In this document: positions 21,150 to 30,674 of the stretch, one piece after another | Numbering within the stretch: position 1 is the first letter of the stretch | Layout of the letters: every line of letters begins with the position of its first letter | DNA from: Dehalococcoidia bacterium | Lineage (GTDB): Bacteria; Chloroflexota; Dehalococcoidia; UBA6926 | DNA length: 64,000 nucleotides | NCBI GenBank assembly: GCA_009841045.1 | Contig: VXMO01000043.1 | Span: forward strand, 58,670-122,669 | Reading direction: 5' to 3' | Notes under the pieces: generated by a model | The model's database searches: none | Told to the model about the DNA's origin: nothing | What the model saw: only the letters and a program-made list of their open reading frames with translations | Program-made: the position numbers and the translations under genes

Positions 21150-22901
21150 TTGAGTGCAGGCTGCATGAGTCAAATTCGCTACGAACCTGAAGAAAACTGC
21201 CCGCCGTTAACAGCGGTAACCGCAGCTTTACAGATACTCATACCCAACACTATCAGCCTCGTTCTGCTGACGGCGCTGGTAGTGCGCGCAGCCGGCGAAT
21301 CCGATGCCTACCTCTCTTGGGTCACCTTTACCGCCCTCGTCGTCACCGGCGCCGGCATGATCCTGCAGACGCTGCGATTGCGTCATCTGGGCGCTGGCCG
21401 GCTTGTTGTCGCGAACTTCAATGTGCCTTTCCTGGCCGTGTGCGCTCTGGCGCTCTCCGTGGGCGGACCCGGATTGCTGGCCAGTCTGGTGGTGGCGTCA
21501 ACCCTCATTCAGGCCGTCCTGACTTTTCGTCTCGCCTCTCTCCGCCTCATCTTCACACAGACAGTGAGCGGAATCGTCGTCATGCTCGTGGCGATATCGG
21601 CCATGCCATTCATCATCGGCAGAGTGGTCACACCGCCGGAAGGCGAGTCAACCCTGGTGTTCCTTGCGCCGGGCCTGGCCGCCCTGGCTGTCGGCGTTCT
21701 CATCGCCCTGCAGGACAGGCCCGTGTGGCGCATGTGGATCCTCACAATCACCGTCGCAGTCGGAATGCTGGTCGCCGTGCCTCTGGGCTTCTATGACACG
21801 AACCCCATCGCCGAGGCCCCCTGGGTGAGCCTGCCTCTCTACCCATGGCCTGCCCTGGATATCGCCTTCAACGCCGATTTCTGGACCCTCCTGCCGGTCT
21901 TCGTACTCGTGAATCTCACCGGATTTATGAAGGTAGTGGGCGACCTGTCTGTCATCTATCGCGCCTCCTACCGCCGGCAATCCGCCGTTGACTTTCGCGC
22001 GGTTCAGGGAGGCCTGAATGTCTACGGCATCGGCACCTTTGTGTCCGGCCTCCTGGGGACCCTGCCTGTCGCCGCTCCATGGTCGTCCACTGCCGTGTAT
22101 ATCGGCTTCATCGGCGTTGCGGCCAGAAATGTTGGACTGTACCTGGGTGTGCTGACCATCATCGCCGCCTTCTTTTCCAAGTTCCTTGCCGTCATTGTCG
22201 CCATTCCCAGCCCCGTCGTCAGCGCGGTATACATCATCATCTTTGCCATGCTCTTTGTGGAAGGGGCCAAAACCGTCTTCACCGGACAGATTGACCAGAA
22301 AAAGGCCGCCATCACCGGCGTCTCTATGGTGATGGGCTTGTCTGCGGTGGCATTGAGCCGCCTCTTCGAGGGCAACGTCGGCCATCTTGTCAGCAACCCT
22401 ATTGTCGTCGGCGGCGCGGTTGCCATCGCCATGACACTGATCGCCCAGATGCCGCGTCTACGCGCGAGCACACTGCGGATCGACTTGTCTCCGGCCTCCC
22501 CGGCCGCTGTCGATGAATTCCTCGGCAGGTTCGCGGACAAACAGTCGTGGACAGAGGAGGGGGCGAACCGGCTGCGTCTTGTCGGAGAAGAAGCCATCCT
22601 CAGCCTGCTCGAATCCGGAAAGGAAGGCGCCTCCCCACAGAAGCGTTCGCTGGTCGCTACAATCAGCCCCGACGGCGCTTCCGCCGAGCTTGAGATTATC
22701 GTCGCCTCCAACGACGCCATCCAGGGCAACATTGAGGATCGCATGGCCTATCTCGGGCAGGATCAGGCGCTGGAAGACGAGCAGGAACTGTCCGTCCGCA
22801 TCCTGCGCCACTACGCCTCATCCGTGCAGCACCGCCAGTACTACGGCATCGACATCGTCAACTGCCGCGTCACAGATAACCAGCGAGAACGCGTCCGCTA
22901 A
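21150..22901 (+). CDS. NCS2 (xanthine/uracil permease) family transporter with ~150-aa C-terminal cytoplasmic extension
   Basis: Resembles XanQ/UraA (YGIGTFVSGLLGTLP...AARNVGLY, IPSPVVSAVYIIIFAMLFVEGAKTV). About 12 predicted TM segments. Confidence 0.65.
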   Translation: MSAGCMSQIRYEPEENCPPLTAVTAALQILIPNTISLVLLTALVVRAAGESDAYLSWVTFTALVVTGAGMILQTLRLRHLGAGRLVVANFNVPFLAVCALALSVGGPGLLASLVVASTLIQAVLTFRLASLRLIFTQTVSGIVVMLVAISAMPFIIGRVVTPPEGESTLVFLAPGLAALAVGVLIALQDRPVWRMWILTITVAVGMLVAVPLGFYDTNPIAEAPWVSLPLYPWPALDIAFNADFWTLLPVFVLVNLTGFMKVVGDLSVIYRASYRRQSAVDFRAVQGGLNVYGIGTFVSGLLGTLPVAAPWSSTAVYIGFIGVAARNVGLYLGVLTIIAAFFSKFLAVIVAIPSPVVSAVYIIIFAMLFVEGAKTVFTGQIDQKKAAITGVSMVMGLSAVALSRLFEGNVGHLVSNPIVVGGAVAIAMTLIAQMPRLRASTLRIDLSPASPAAVDEFLGRFADKQSWTEEGANRLRLVGEEAILSLLESGKEGASPQKRSLVATISPDGASAELEIIVASNDAIQGNIEDRMAYLGQDQALEDEQELSVRILRHYASSVQHRQYYGIDIVNCRVTDNQRERVR

Positions 22902-22902
22902 T

Positions 22903-23700
22903 CCTCCCATGTCATTCCGAGCGGAGCGCAGCGGAGTCGAGGAATCCAAAGACTCAATTGCGCCACTCAACCCCGTAACCGCACTCCCCTCATTCCTGCG
23001 AAAGCAGGAATCCATCGGGACTCCTCACCGTCATTCCCGTGAACGCGGGAATCCAGTGCTGCGCGCAACGCCTCTCATGTCATTCCGAGCGCAGCCGAGG
23101 AATCCAAAGACCCACGTACGCCACTCTACTCCGTAACCACACTCCCCTCATTCCTGCGAAAGCGGGAATCCAGTGCGGCGCGCCAGCGCCGTCTCTCATG
23201 TCATTCTGAGCGCAACGAAGAATCCAAAAACTCCAATCCTCCGCCGAAGCCGGAACGCGGCTGCCAAACTGCACTGGCCAGACAATCTGGAACACGAACC
23301 GAGAGCCGTAACGCAGTTACCCGCTCGCCCTGAGCCTGTCGAAGGGTGAGCACCCCCCTCCGTCATTCCCGTGAACGCGGGAATCCAGTGCTGCGCGCAA
23401 CGCCTCTCATGTCATTCTGAGCGCAGCGAAGAATCCAAAGCCTCAATTGCGCCCCCCAACCCCGTAACCGCACTCCCCTCATTCCTGCGAATGCAGGAAT
23501 CCATCGGGACTACCTCACCTTTGGTGGGGGAGGAGTAAGGTGGGGCAACACAACCCCCGCTCGCCCTGAGCCTGTCGAAGGGTGAACCCCAATCCGTCAT
23601 TCCCGCGAAAGCATGCCCCGTACCCCGATACGGGGCGGGAACCCAGTGCGGCGCGCAGCGCCGCCTCTCATGTCATTCTGAGCGCAGCCGAGGAATCAGT
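22903..23700. repeat. ~800-bp mosaic array of small palindromic repeat units (REP/BIME-like), four unit types
   Basis: Interleaved unit types: S (gtcattcYgagcgcagcgaRgaatccaaagac), P (ccgtaaccgcactcccctcattcctgcgaaagcaggaatcc), V (gtcattcccgtgaacgcgggaatccagtgcKgcgcgcaacgcctc) and L (cgctcgccctgagcctgtcgaagggtga). Each carries an internal hairpin. Spacing is irregular with two unique inserts of ~90 nt and ~50 nt. No coding potential. Confidence 0.8.
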
Positions 23701-24130
23701 GCATTCTGCAATCGGCAAGCAGTTTATCTGCTCTACGAGACATAGGGCAAAGCATGTCGATTCTACTCGGCTGTCGGAAAGCGCTTACTTGTCTCCTCTA
23801 TAACATCCGGTAGGGTACATCCGTGATTACACGACGCTACTCTGGGTGGCTTGATTGGATACCGCTCTCGGATATCTCGCAATGATCCCGGTGTGAGTGG
23901 AATTCTGAACTCGACCCATGTTCCGTATCGGCGGACTGTGATTATGTGCCCCTTAAGGTTCCGCCTGTCTTCATTCTGATGGAGACGTGGGGTCTCTACA
24001 TGTGACCGGTGTCGTTCTCGCAGAAGAATCGATGGTCGACCATGGTGCCAACAGAAGACCTTTGGGTGCTTTCCGCTAATCACAACATTCCGCAAATCAT
24101 CCGCAGCAATGGGAGCGAGGGTCTGCCCTA

Positions 24131-25000
24131 CTACACTGCAAGATCAAATGGCAGATCACTGATGTCACGCAGTCGGTTCCCTGCAACCATGGCTTCCAAC
24201 ATCTCGGACTGATCTGCGAGGCTTGGTTCGGATGCACAGACTTTCCGTAGCTCACCGAGTGCAAAATGATATACGCAGTCCAAATCCCCTGTTCCAAGCG
24301 CTAGAGATGCTATTCGCATCGGCAAGGGTTCTGCAGTGACAGCAACAATGTGGGGCAAATTACCTTTCCGATTGCGAATCAGATTCAGGGCCTCAGTTCG
24401 AGTGTTCTGTGATCGGTCGCTCCGGATTGTCCACTTGCATGAAATGCTGGCATGCAATAAAGGGGTTTCAGGGCTCATGTTTCCCTGTATGAAAGGGGTA
24501 AGCGTGGCCACCTCGTCTTGGGAAAGGAAATCTCCTCCAGAGTCTACTTCTCCCTTAGCAACAGGTTGCCGCGCTACGACGATATCAGGAGTGACTACGT
24601 AGCCATGGCCTAGGGCTGAGGCCAGCGCGTGGTTCTCGTTGACCAAGCTCTCTATCGCCTCAAGGTGGGCGTACTGGACGAAATTGGATATTTTTGTCTG
24701 GCCAACCTTATAAGTCCATTGGCCGGGGCGTAAGTGTGCGAGCGAATCAAATGCAGTTCGGATGAATTCGCAGGTCAGGCCTTCAAATCGTGACCCCGCA
24801 GTCTGTCCAGAGATCTGCTGTGCGCCACGTTGTTGTCGAAGCCCAAGTTCTTCTACAAGGCCGTTTCCAATACGGATGCTCGACTGACTACTGCCATCAG
24901 CGAAGTTGGGGAACCGTCTGTTGTTGCGTACTGAGAACCGCAGAATTTGAGAGCCAACCATGCGGTGGTAATCTCGCCGCATAGACACCAATCTTGTCAT
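24131..25000 (-). CDS. Type II restriction endonuclease, NgoMIV/Cfr10I-like
   Basis: Immediately downstream of the methyltransferase in the same operon, inside a low-GC island. Atypical active-site arrangement: PD139 (TPDIVV), S-C-K189 (HASISCKWTIRSDR), E203. By recollection this matches the Cfr10I/NgoMIV/Bse634I variant of the PD-(D/E)XK fold. Confidence 0.6.
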   Translation of the reverse strand: MTRLVSMRRDYHRMVGSQILRFSVRNNRRFPNFADGSSQSSIRIGNGLVEELGLRQQRGAQQISGQTAGSRFEGLTCEFIRTAFDSLAHLRPGQWTYKVGQTKISNFVQYAHLEAIESLVNENHALASALGHGYVVTPDIVVARQPVAKGEVDSGGDFLSQDEVATLTPFIQGNMSPETPLLHASISCKWTIRSDRSQNTRTEALNLIRNRKGNLPHIVAVTAEPLPMRIASLALGTGDLDCVYHFALGELRKVCASEPSLADQSEMLEAMVAGNRLRDISDLPFDLAV

Positions 25001-25011
25001 TTCGCTACGGC

Positions 25012-25902
25012 CTATCCACTCCTGACTAAGCGAGCAAGCGTCGAAGTTTCGAGCCGACTCTGTGCCAACTCAACATAGTCGGGATTAATTTCCATCAGGA
25101 TTGCACTTCGGTCTAGTTCTGCCGCCGCAACACCGGTAGTTCCAGAACCGGCAAATGGGTCGAGTATTATATCCCCAGGTCGACTACCCAGCAGAATGCA
25201 ACGCTTCGCGAGTTCTCTCGGAAACGCGGCAGGGTGTCCTCCTGACGTAGTGTCGGGACCAAGAATCCAATAGTTTCTAAGGTTGGCTCCACTCTCCTCA
25301 CGAAATCCACTGTTGTCGTAGTAGTAATGAGCTGACTTCGCAAAGAGGAATACATCCTCAGTGGCATTTGACGGTCGGTTCTTCACGCTCTCTGGCATAG
25401 GTGCCCTCTTCACCCACGTAATTCTGGATCGCAGTATCCAGCCATCTTCTTGAAGGGCAAAGGCTACACGCCATGGAATCCCCATCAGGTCTCTGTCTTT
25501 CAATCCCCATGTGGAGGGCACTCGCAAGTTTCTTTTCTGGATATCTTTCTTAGTATTGGCCACCTGAGCGTTAGGACCGTGCCGCCCAACGCCTCCGTTA
25601 CGTGCATATCCGTCACCGATGTTGAGCCAGAGAGTTCCGTCATCAGACAAGGCGCGCCGAACTTTTCGAAAAAGATGAACGAGATCGTCCACGTACTGTT
25701 GAGGAGAGCTTTCAGCTCCGAATTGCTCGTCGTGCCCGTAGTCCCTTAGTCCCCAGTAAGGTGGGGACGTAACACAGGATTGAACGGATGCGGGTGCCAA
25801 ATCGTCAAGCAAGTGTTGGGCGTCGCCAAGGAGAATCTCCACCGTCTTCGGTACAGGGAGGCGACCTGCTTTGAGGTCATCCCTAATCATCTCTTTCCCC
25901 AC
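25012..25902 (-). CDS. DNA amino-methyltransferase (N4-cytosine or N6-adenine), beta class
   Basis: Motif IV TSPPYW near the N-terminus and motif I LDPFAGSGTTGVAA near the C-terminus (beta-class order). An SPPY motif favours m4C-type enzymes. Confidence 0.85.
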   Translation of the reverse strand: MGKEMIRDDLKAGRLPVPKTVEILLGDAQHLLDDLAPASVQSCVTSPPYWGLRDYGHDEQFGAESSPQQYVDDLVHLFRKVRRALSDDGTLWLNIGDGYARNGGVGRHGPNAQVANTKKDIQKRNLRVPSTWGLKDRDLMGIPWRVAFALQEDGWILRSRITWVKRAPMPESVKNRPSNATEDVFLFAKSAHYYYDNSGFREESGANLRNYWILGPDTTSGGHPAAFPRELAKRCILLGSRPGDIILDPFAGSGTTGVAAAELDRSAILMEINPDYVELAQSRLETSTLARLVRSG

Positions 25903-26124
25903 TTTCCCGCGCCGTCACCCAACAATTGAGAATCCTGTAGTGACCCCAATAGATATAGTGGCACAACAGCGCCGCTGATTCGCGGACGGCATAGTCTTCT
26001 GGGCTAAAAGGATTCTCGGTCATCAAAGTCTAGCCTAACATCCCCGATGCTCTAAATGTCTTTAGGCCTGCCACTATCATTCCCACGCAGACCGGAATCC
26101 ATCCTTCTACCCCCAAAACCCTAA

Positions 26125-26160
26125 CGGGGCGACCTCAGAAAGGCCGCCCCGCTCTCTTGC
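26125..26160 (-). terminator. GC-rich hairpin downstream of rpoD (candidate terminator, no U-tract)
   Basis: GGGGCGaCC-tcagaaa-GGcCGCCCC, located ~60 nt past the rpoD stop. Confidence 0.25.
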
Positions 26161-26216
26161 CGGAACGTGGAACGCCAACTCCATTGGCCGAACCACACCG
26201 ATCGCGAACTTTACAA

Positions 26217-27320
26217 TCAATCCTCGATGTAGCTCTCCAACCGCTCGCGATTCCGCTGCAGCCGCAGGTTCTTCATCGCGCCGGCCTGGATCTGCCGCAC
26301 ACGCTCCCGCGTCAGGCTCAGCATGTCACCGATCTCACGCAGCGTGTACTCCTTGCCGTCCATGATCCCGAACCGCAGCTCCAGCACCAGGCGCTCACGC
26401 GGCGACAGCGACGCCAGCACCGCCGCGATGCGCTCCCGCAGCATCGTCTGCGCCACCATGTCGATGGGCGACTCCGCCTCATCCTGAGCCACGAAGTCCG
26501 CCAGCGTCGCGCCGTCTTCGCCCACGGGCGCGTCGATGGACGCGGGTTGCTGCGCCAGGGAGATCAGTTGCTCCACCTTCTCCAGCGGAATCTCCGTCTC
26601 CTTCGCCAGCTCCTCAGGCGTCGCCTCACGGCCGAACTGCTGGAGCAGCCGATGCCGCGCGCGATCCACCTTCGCGGACAACTCGCCCACGTGTACCGGC
26701 AGGCGGATGCTGCTCCCCTGCTCAGACACGCCGCGGGCGATGGCCTGGCGGATCCACCACGTCGCGTACGTCGAGAACCGGAACCCGCGCCGATGGTCGA
26801 ACCGGTCCACCGCCTTCAGCAGGCCGATGTTGCCCTCCTGGATCAGATCGAACAGGGTCAATCCCCTGCCCTGGTACCGCTTGGCGATGCTGACCACAAG
26901 GCGGAGATTCGCCTCCGTCATGGACTTGCGGGCCTCTTCGCCCGCCTTGACCGTCTTCAGCAATTCACGACGCTCGGCGGCGCTCATCGTGTCCGCGCCG
27001 GCAAGGCGCATGGACGCGCGGCGTCCCTCATCCATGAGCATGCCGAGCTCAGTCTCCTGCTGCGGCGTCAACAGCTTGCGGCGGCCGATGTCCTGCAGGT
27101 AACCCCGTAGAGGATCATTCAGGTTCTCCGTGGAGCCGCTGTCGAACTCGTCAACCTCTGCCGCGCCCGCGGAAGTCGCCGACTCATCCTGCGCATCGTC
27201 GAGGCCGAGGACATCCACGGAGGTCTCATCCGCCTCCATAGGGACGTCTGCGGAACCCGACTTGCGCCGGGCCTCGTCCTCCGCGATCACGGCTCTCGCT
27301 TCGTCCGTTATCGCCTTCAT
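26217..27320 (-). CDS. sigA: RNA polymerase sigma factor, primary-type (sigma-70 family)
   Basis: Regions 1.2-4 present. Hallmarks TYATWWIRQAI (region 2.4), IADYLG-like region 3, and a region 4 HTH (LTLREIGDMLSLTRERVRQI). Confidence 0.95.
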   Translation of the reverse strand: MKAITDEARAVIAEDEARRKSGSADVPMEADETSVDVLGLDDAQDESATSAGAAEVDEFDSGSTENLNDPLRGYLQDIGRRKLLTPQQETELGMLMDEGRRASMRLAGADTMSAAERRELLKTVKAGEEARKSMTEANLRLVVSIAKRYQGRGLTLFDLIQEGNIGLLKAVDRFDHRRGFRFSTYATWWIRQAIARGVSEQGSSIRLPVHVGELSAKVDRARHRLLQQFGREATPEELAKETEIPLEKVEQLISLAQQPASIDAPVGEDGATLADFVAQDEAESPIDMVAQTMLRERIAAVLASLSPRERLVLELRFGIMDGKEYTLREIGDMLSLTRERVRQIQAGAMKNLRLQRNRERLESYIED

Positions 27321-27641
27321 CTGCGCACCTCCTTGTGTTGGTTCCGACCGATCACGCGCCTGTCAAACCCAACACACCCCTCCCGGTTTCCGCAAAGGGA
27401 TTGGCTAACAGCATAGACCTGCTGCCACGCTTGTCAATCTCTCGGTATCCGATGGTGTTTGCGTCTCGCATTATTTCTTGCTGCTGTTCGTACACTTGAT
27501 GCCCTCACTTGCTATAACGCTTTTGTCACTAACCAGGAAAGCACCCGACCGCTCGTTTCGAGGGAGCAGGCTATATGCGACAATTGTTTCTGCGCCTATG
27601 GCACGCCGCTAAACCGAATTGGAACACGGAGGATCTCACCA

Positions 27642-28781
27642 ATGCAGGATAACCCCCGTGCGCTGGAAATACTGGAGACGCTCTGCAGACAGCCCGCCAC
27701 GTCGTACTTCGAGGACAACGTCTCCCGCGAAGTTGAGCGTATGCTCACAGATGCCTCAATCCCCTGGGAGCAGGACGACTACGGCAACATCATCGCCCGC
27801 CTAACACGACGGAACGAATCGGACCCAATGCCGTCGCGACCCGTCGCCCTCGTCGCCCATATGGACCACCCGGGATTCGATGTTATCAATGTCGATGGAC
27901 GTCGGCTGACCCTCAAGATGCTCGGCCGGGTCTCCGATGTCATCTACGAACAGCAGGTGGATCTCGTCGTCCACTGCGCCGACGGCTCATCATGCGCAGC
28001 CCGCACAACCGGGCAGGACGGCGACATGGAATCGCGCGTCCTCTATGCAGATTTAACCCAGCAAAACGACCTTGTTTTGCCCGCTTTTGCCGTCTTTGAC
28101 CTCGTAGATTGTGAATTCCGTGACAATACCGTTTTTGCGCGTGCCCTGGACGATCTCGCCGGTTGCGCCGCCACTTTAAGTGTTATGGAAACTCTCGCCG
28201 AGGAAAATGGACCGGTTGACGTAATCGGCGTATTCACTCGTGCAGAGGAGATTGGCCTCATTGGAGCGCGCCTATTGGCCGCCACTGGCTCTCTTCCAAA
28301 GGAAACGCTCGTCATCTCCATAGAATCCTCCAGAACGCTCCCCGGCGCAGAACAGGGCAACGGCCCCGTCATCCGCGTCGGCGACGCGCTTTCCACCTTT
28401 TCACAATCCGCAGAAGAAATCCTCCAAACCGCCCGAGTGACGCTACAACGCAGAGATCCACCTATTCCGGTTCAAAGGCAGCTCATGTCCGGCGGTGTCT
28501 GTGAAGCATCAGTCTTTCTCGCGCACGGCTATGACTCCACCGGCGTCGCATTCCCACTAGCTCACTATCACAATGGATTCGGCGAAGACTCCATTCAAGC
28601 TGAAAACATCACGGTCAGTGACTTCCTGGGAGGTGTGGAACTCCTCCTGGAGGCGTCCCGCCCCATACACGTTCCAGATCAAGAGACGCCCGGCGGCGCC
28701 CAATCTCTCTATGAGCGACTCCGCCAGGCGCCGGAGGAAGAAGGAAGCCGGCTTCGTTCAATCGCCCAAAGGGCCGGATGA
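27642..28781 (+). CDS. M42-family (FrvX/deblocking aminopeptidase-like) metallopeptidase
   Basis: AHMDHPGF and RAEEIGLIGAR motifs correspond to M42 metal-binding motifs. ATG at 27642 with a GGAGG RBS. The upstream part of the track ORF lacks homology. Confidence 0.65.
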   Translation: MQDNPRALEILETLCRQPATSYFEDNVSREVERMLTDASIPWEQDDYGNIIARLTRRNESDPMPSRPVALVAHMDHPGFDVINVDGRRLTLKMLGRVSDVIYEQQVDLVVHCADGSSCAARTTGQDGDMESRVLYADLTQQNDLVLPAFAVFDLVDCEFRDNTVFARALDDLAGCAATLSVMETLAEENGPVDVIGVFTRAEEIGLIGARLLAATGSLPKETLVISIESSRTLPGAEQGNGPVIRVGDALSTFSQSAEEILQTARVTLQRRDPPIPVQRQLMSGGVCEASVFLAHGYDSTGVAFPLAHYHNGFGEDSIQAENITVSDFLGGVELLLEASRPIHVPDQETPGGAQSLYERLRQAPEEEGSRLRSIAQRAG

Positions 28782-28864
28782 TAAGCAGCCAACAAGTGCA
28801 ATCCTGTCGCAGTCACTATGTCACATTGTGATTTCGTAGACTACGATAAGGGCAGGAACCAAGC

Positions 28865-29905
28865 ATGCTAAGGCAAGTCTGGCTTTATGGGCGAATCCTC
28901 ATTGGCGTAGCCCTTGGAGTGGGGGTTGCCTTCATTATTGTTCGTGAGGTTCAGTGGACCGAGTTGCTGAATCAACTCGCAGCGTTCAATTGGTTCCTGA
29001 TGATTCCAGTTATGGGCGTCGTCGTTGCCAGTAACACCGTTCGAGCGCTTAGGTGGAGAATGCTCTTCCATGGCCGAGCGCCCACTGCAACACTCCTCTT
29101 CTTTGTAGAGAACACCGGCCAGGGCTTGAACAACCTTTCGCCAATTCGTGTCGTCGCAGAACCCATTCAATTTGGTTACATCGCGCTGAGGGAAGGATAT
29201 GAAAGGGGAGCCGTGCTCGCGTCAATCGTCCTCGGGCGTGTGTCGGACCTCGCGATCACACTCGGAAGCCTTGCACTCGGTTTCGCGATATTCGCACCGG
29301 AGGGGGCAGGGTACCTTAGCGTAATCATTCTTGTGCTGGTCGGAATCCTTGTTAGTGTTGCGGTATTGTCCTTGTTTACACACAGGATCACGTGGTTTGA
29401 ACGGTTCCCTGTCGTGCGAACGTATTCAGCGGCGTGGCAGGAGCTCATCGCTCAGCCGGGAAAACTGGCCTCAGTCATGGGTGTAACGCTCGCAACGTGG
29501 ATGACACTAGGACTGGCAGCATATCTGGTGGCGCTGTCAAAGGGGCTAGAGCCGAACAATTCACAGAACCCTGTTGAAATCTACGTCATCATCTATGTAG
29601 TGGTGCTTGGCACGATGACGTTGGGGGCAGTCTTGCCGGGCCTGCCATCCGCCATAGGTCCGTTTGAGGCAGCTGCGGTCGCTTTCCTGGGTTTCTACGG
29701 TGTAGACAAAGAGGTTGCGTTGGCCTTTGGCCTCATCATCCATGCGGCTTTCTTCATTCCACCGATCATTATCGCCCTTGGCACCCTAATCATGTTTGGT
29801 CCTCCGTGGTCGACGACGCATCGGGTGCGGCGTCTCCGCCGCGAGCGGCGCGAAGCTCGAAGATCTTCCGCAGCCAGAAGGGTAGCGCAAGAAGGAGACC
29901 TATAA
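28865..29905 (+). CDS. UPF0104 / lysylphosphatidylglycerol-synthase-TM-like (flippase-like) membrane protein
   Basis: Eight predicted TM helices. The N-terminal pattern (RILIGVALGVGVAFIIVREVQW...RALRWRML) matches the LPG_synthase_TM family. Arg-rich C-terminal tail. Confidence 0.5.
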   Translation: MLRQVWLYGRILIGVALGVGVAFIIVREVQWTELLNQLAAFNWFLMIPVMGVVVASNTVRALRWRMLFHGRAPTATLLFFVENTGQGLNNLSPIRVVAEPIQFGYIALREGYERGAVLASIVLGRVSDLAITLGSLALGFAIFAPEGAGYLSVIILVLVGILVSVAVLSLFTHRITWFERFPVVRTYSAAWQELIAQPGKLASVMGVTLATWMTLGLAAYLVALSKGLEPNNSQNPVEIYVIIYVVVLGTMTLGAVLPGLPSAIGPFEAAAVAFLGFYGVDKEVALAFGLIIHAAFFIPPIIIALGTLIMFGPPWSTTHRVRRLRRERREARRSSAARRVAQEGDL

Positions 29906-30464
29906 GCACGCCTCCATACAGATACCCGGCATCCTCGATAGCTATCAGGTCGGGCATCTGAATGTCCGTGAAAACTGAAATCGCGGTAATGCCAAATGCA
30001 ATGGCGATTGTAATCCCGCCTGTCCACCCCATGTTCTTCGTCATGAGCAGCATTGGAAGACCAACGAATCCGGCCACAACAGTCGGCCCAAGCATCATTC
30101 CGGCAACCCCGCCGAAAGCAGACGCCAGGCCTGCGCCCCCTCTGAATTTCAGAAACACTGAATACTGATGCCCCCAAAGAGCGCCGGCCGCTGCAATCAC
30201 CGCTCCGGTTGGGCCAAGATCAAAGAACCTGTCGGCAACCAGAACTGGCAAGAGCCCTTTGAGAATATCTACGATGGCGACGAAGACCCCTACACGGCGA
30301 TCAACCTCCCGGAACACATTGGCTGCCCCGGCATTTCCTGTTCCCAGATCACGAACATCAACCCCTGCGACAAGCCGTGACATGATAACTGCCGTTGGAA
30401 GGGAACCAGCCAAGTAAGCCGCAACAAGGATGCCCGCCAGTCCCATCACTTCACCCATCGTCAT
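29790..30464 (-). CDS. plsY: Glycerol-3-phosphate acyltransferase PlsY
   Basis: PlsY signature GTGNAGAANV and 5-6 TM helices. The 3' end overlaps the convergent UPF0104 gene by 116 nt. Confidence 0.8.
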   Translation of the reverse strand: MTMGEVMGLAGILVAAYLAGSLPTAVIMSRLVAGVDVRDLGTGNAGAANVFREVDRRVGVFVAIVDILKGLLPVLVADRFFDLGPTGAVIAAAGALWGHQYSVFLKFRGGAGLASAFGGVAGMMLGPTVVAGFVGLPMLLMTKNMGWTGGITIAIAFGITAISVFTDIQMPDLIAIEDAGYLYGGVLIGLLLALPFWLRKIFELRAARGGDAAPDASSTTEDQT

Positions 30465-30674
30465 TTATTCTCCTCCGGAAATGTCAGTTGCAGAGATTCA
30501 TGCGCTTGTAGATCCCACCACTAAGCGTAGCGCACAGGCTTATTGGACGAATGGAGTAAGATTGCTACTGAAGTGGCGAAGGCTCAAATACCAACCCACT
30601 GCGGCAGCTTTGTCCTGCCGCCGAACCGGAAGCGAGCAGGGTAAGGCTGCGATCACTCGGAATCGGGGCGAAGG

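Noticed and set aside
22903-23700. Possible CRISPR array
   Set aside because: Repeats are of four different types, individually palindromic, irregularly spaced and interleaved rather than one identical direct repeat with unique spacers. No cas genes nearby. Copies of the same units are scattered singly across the window.
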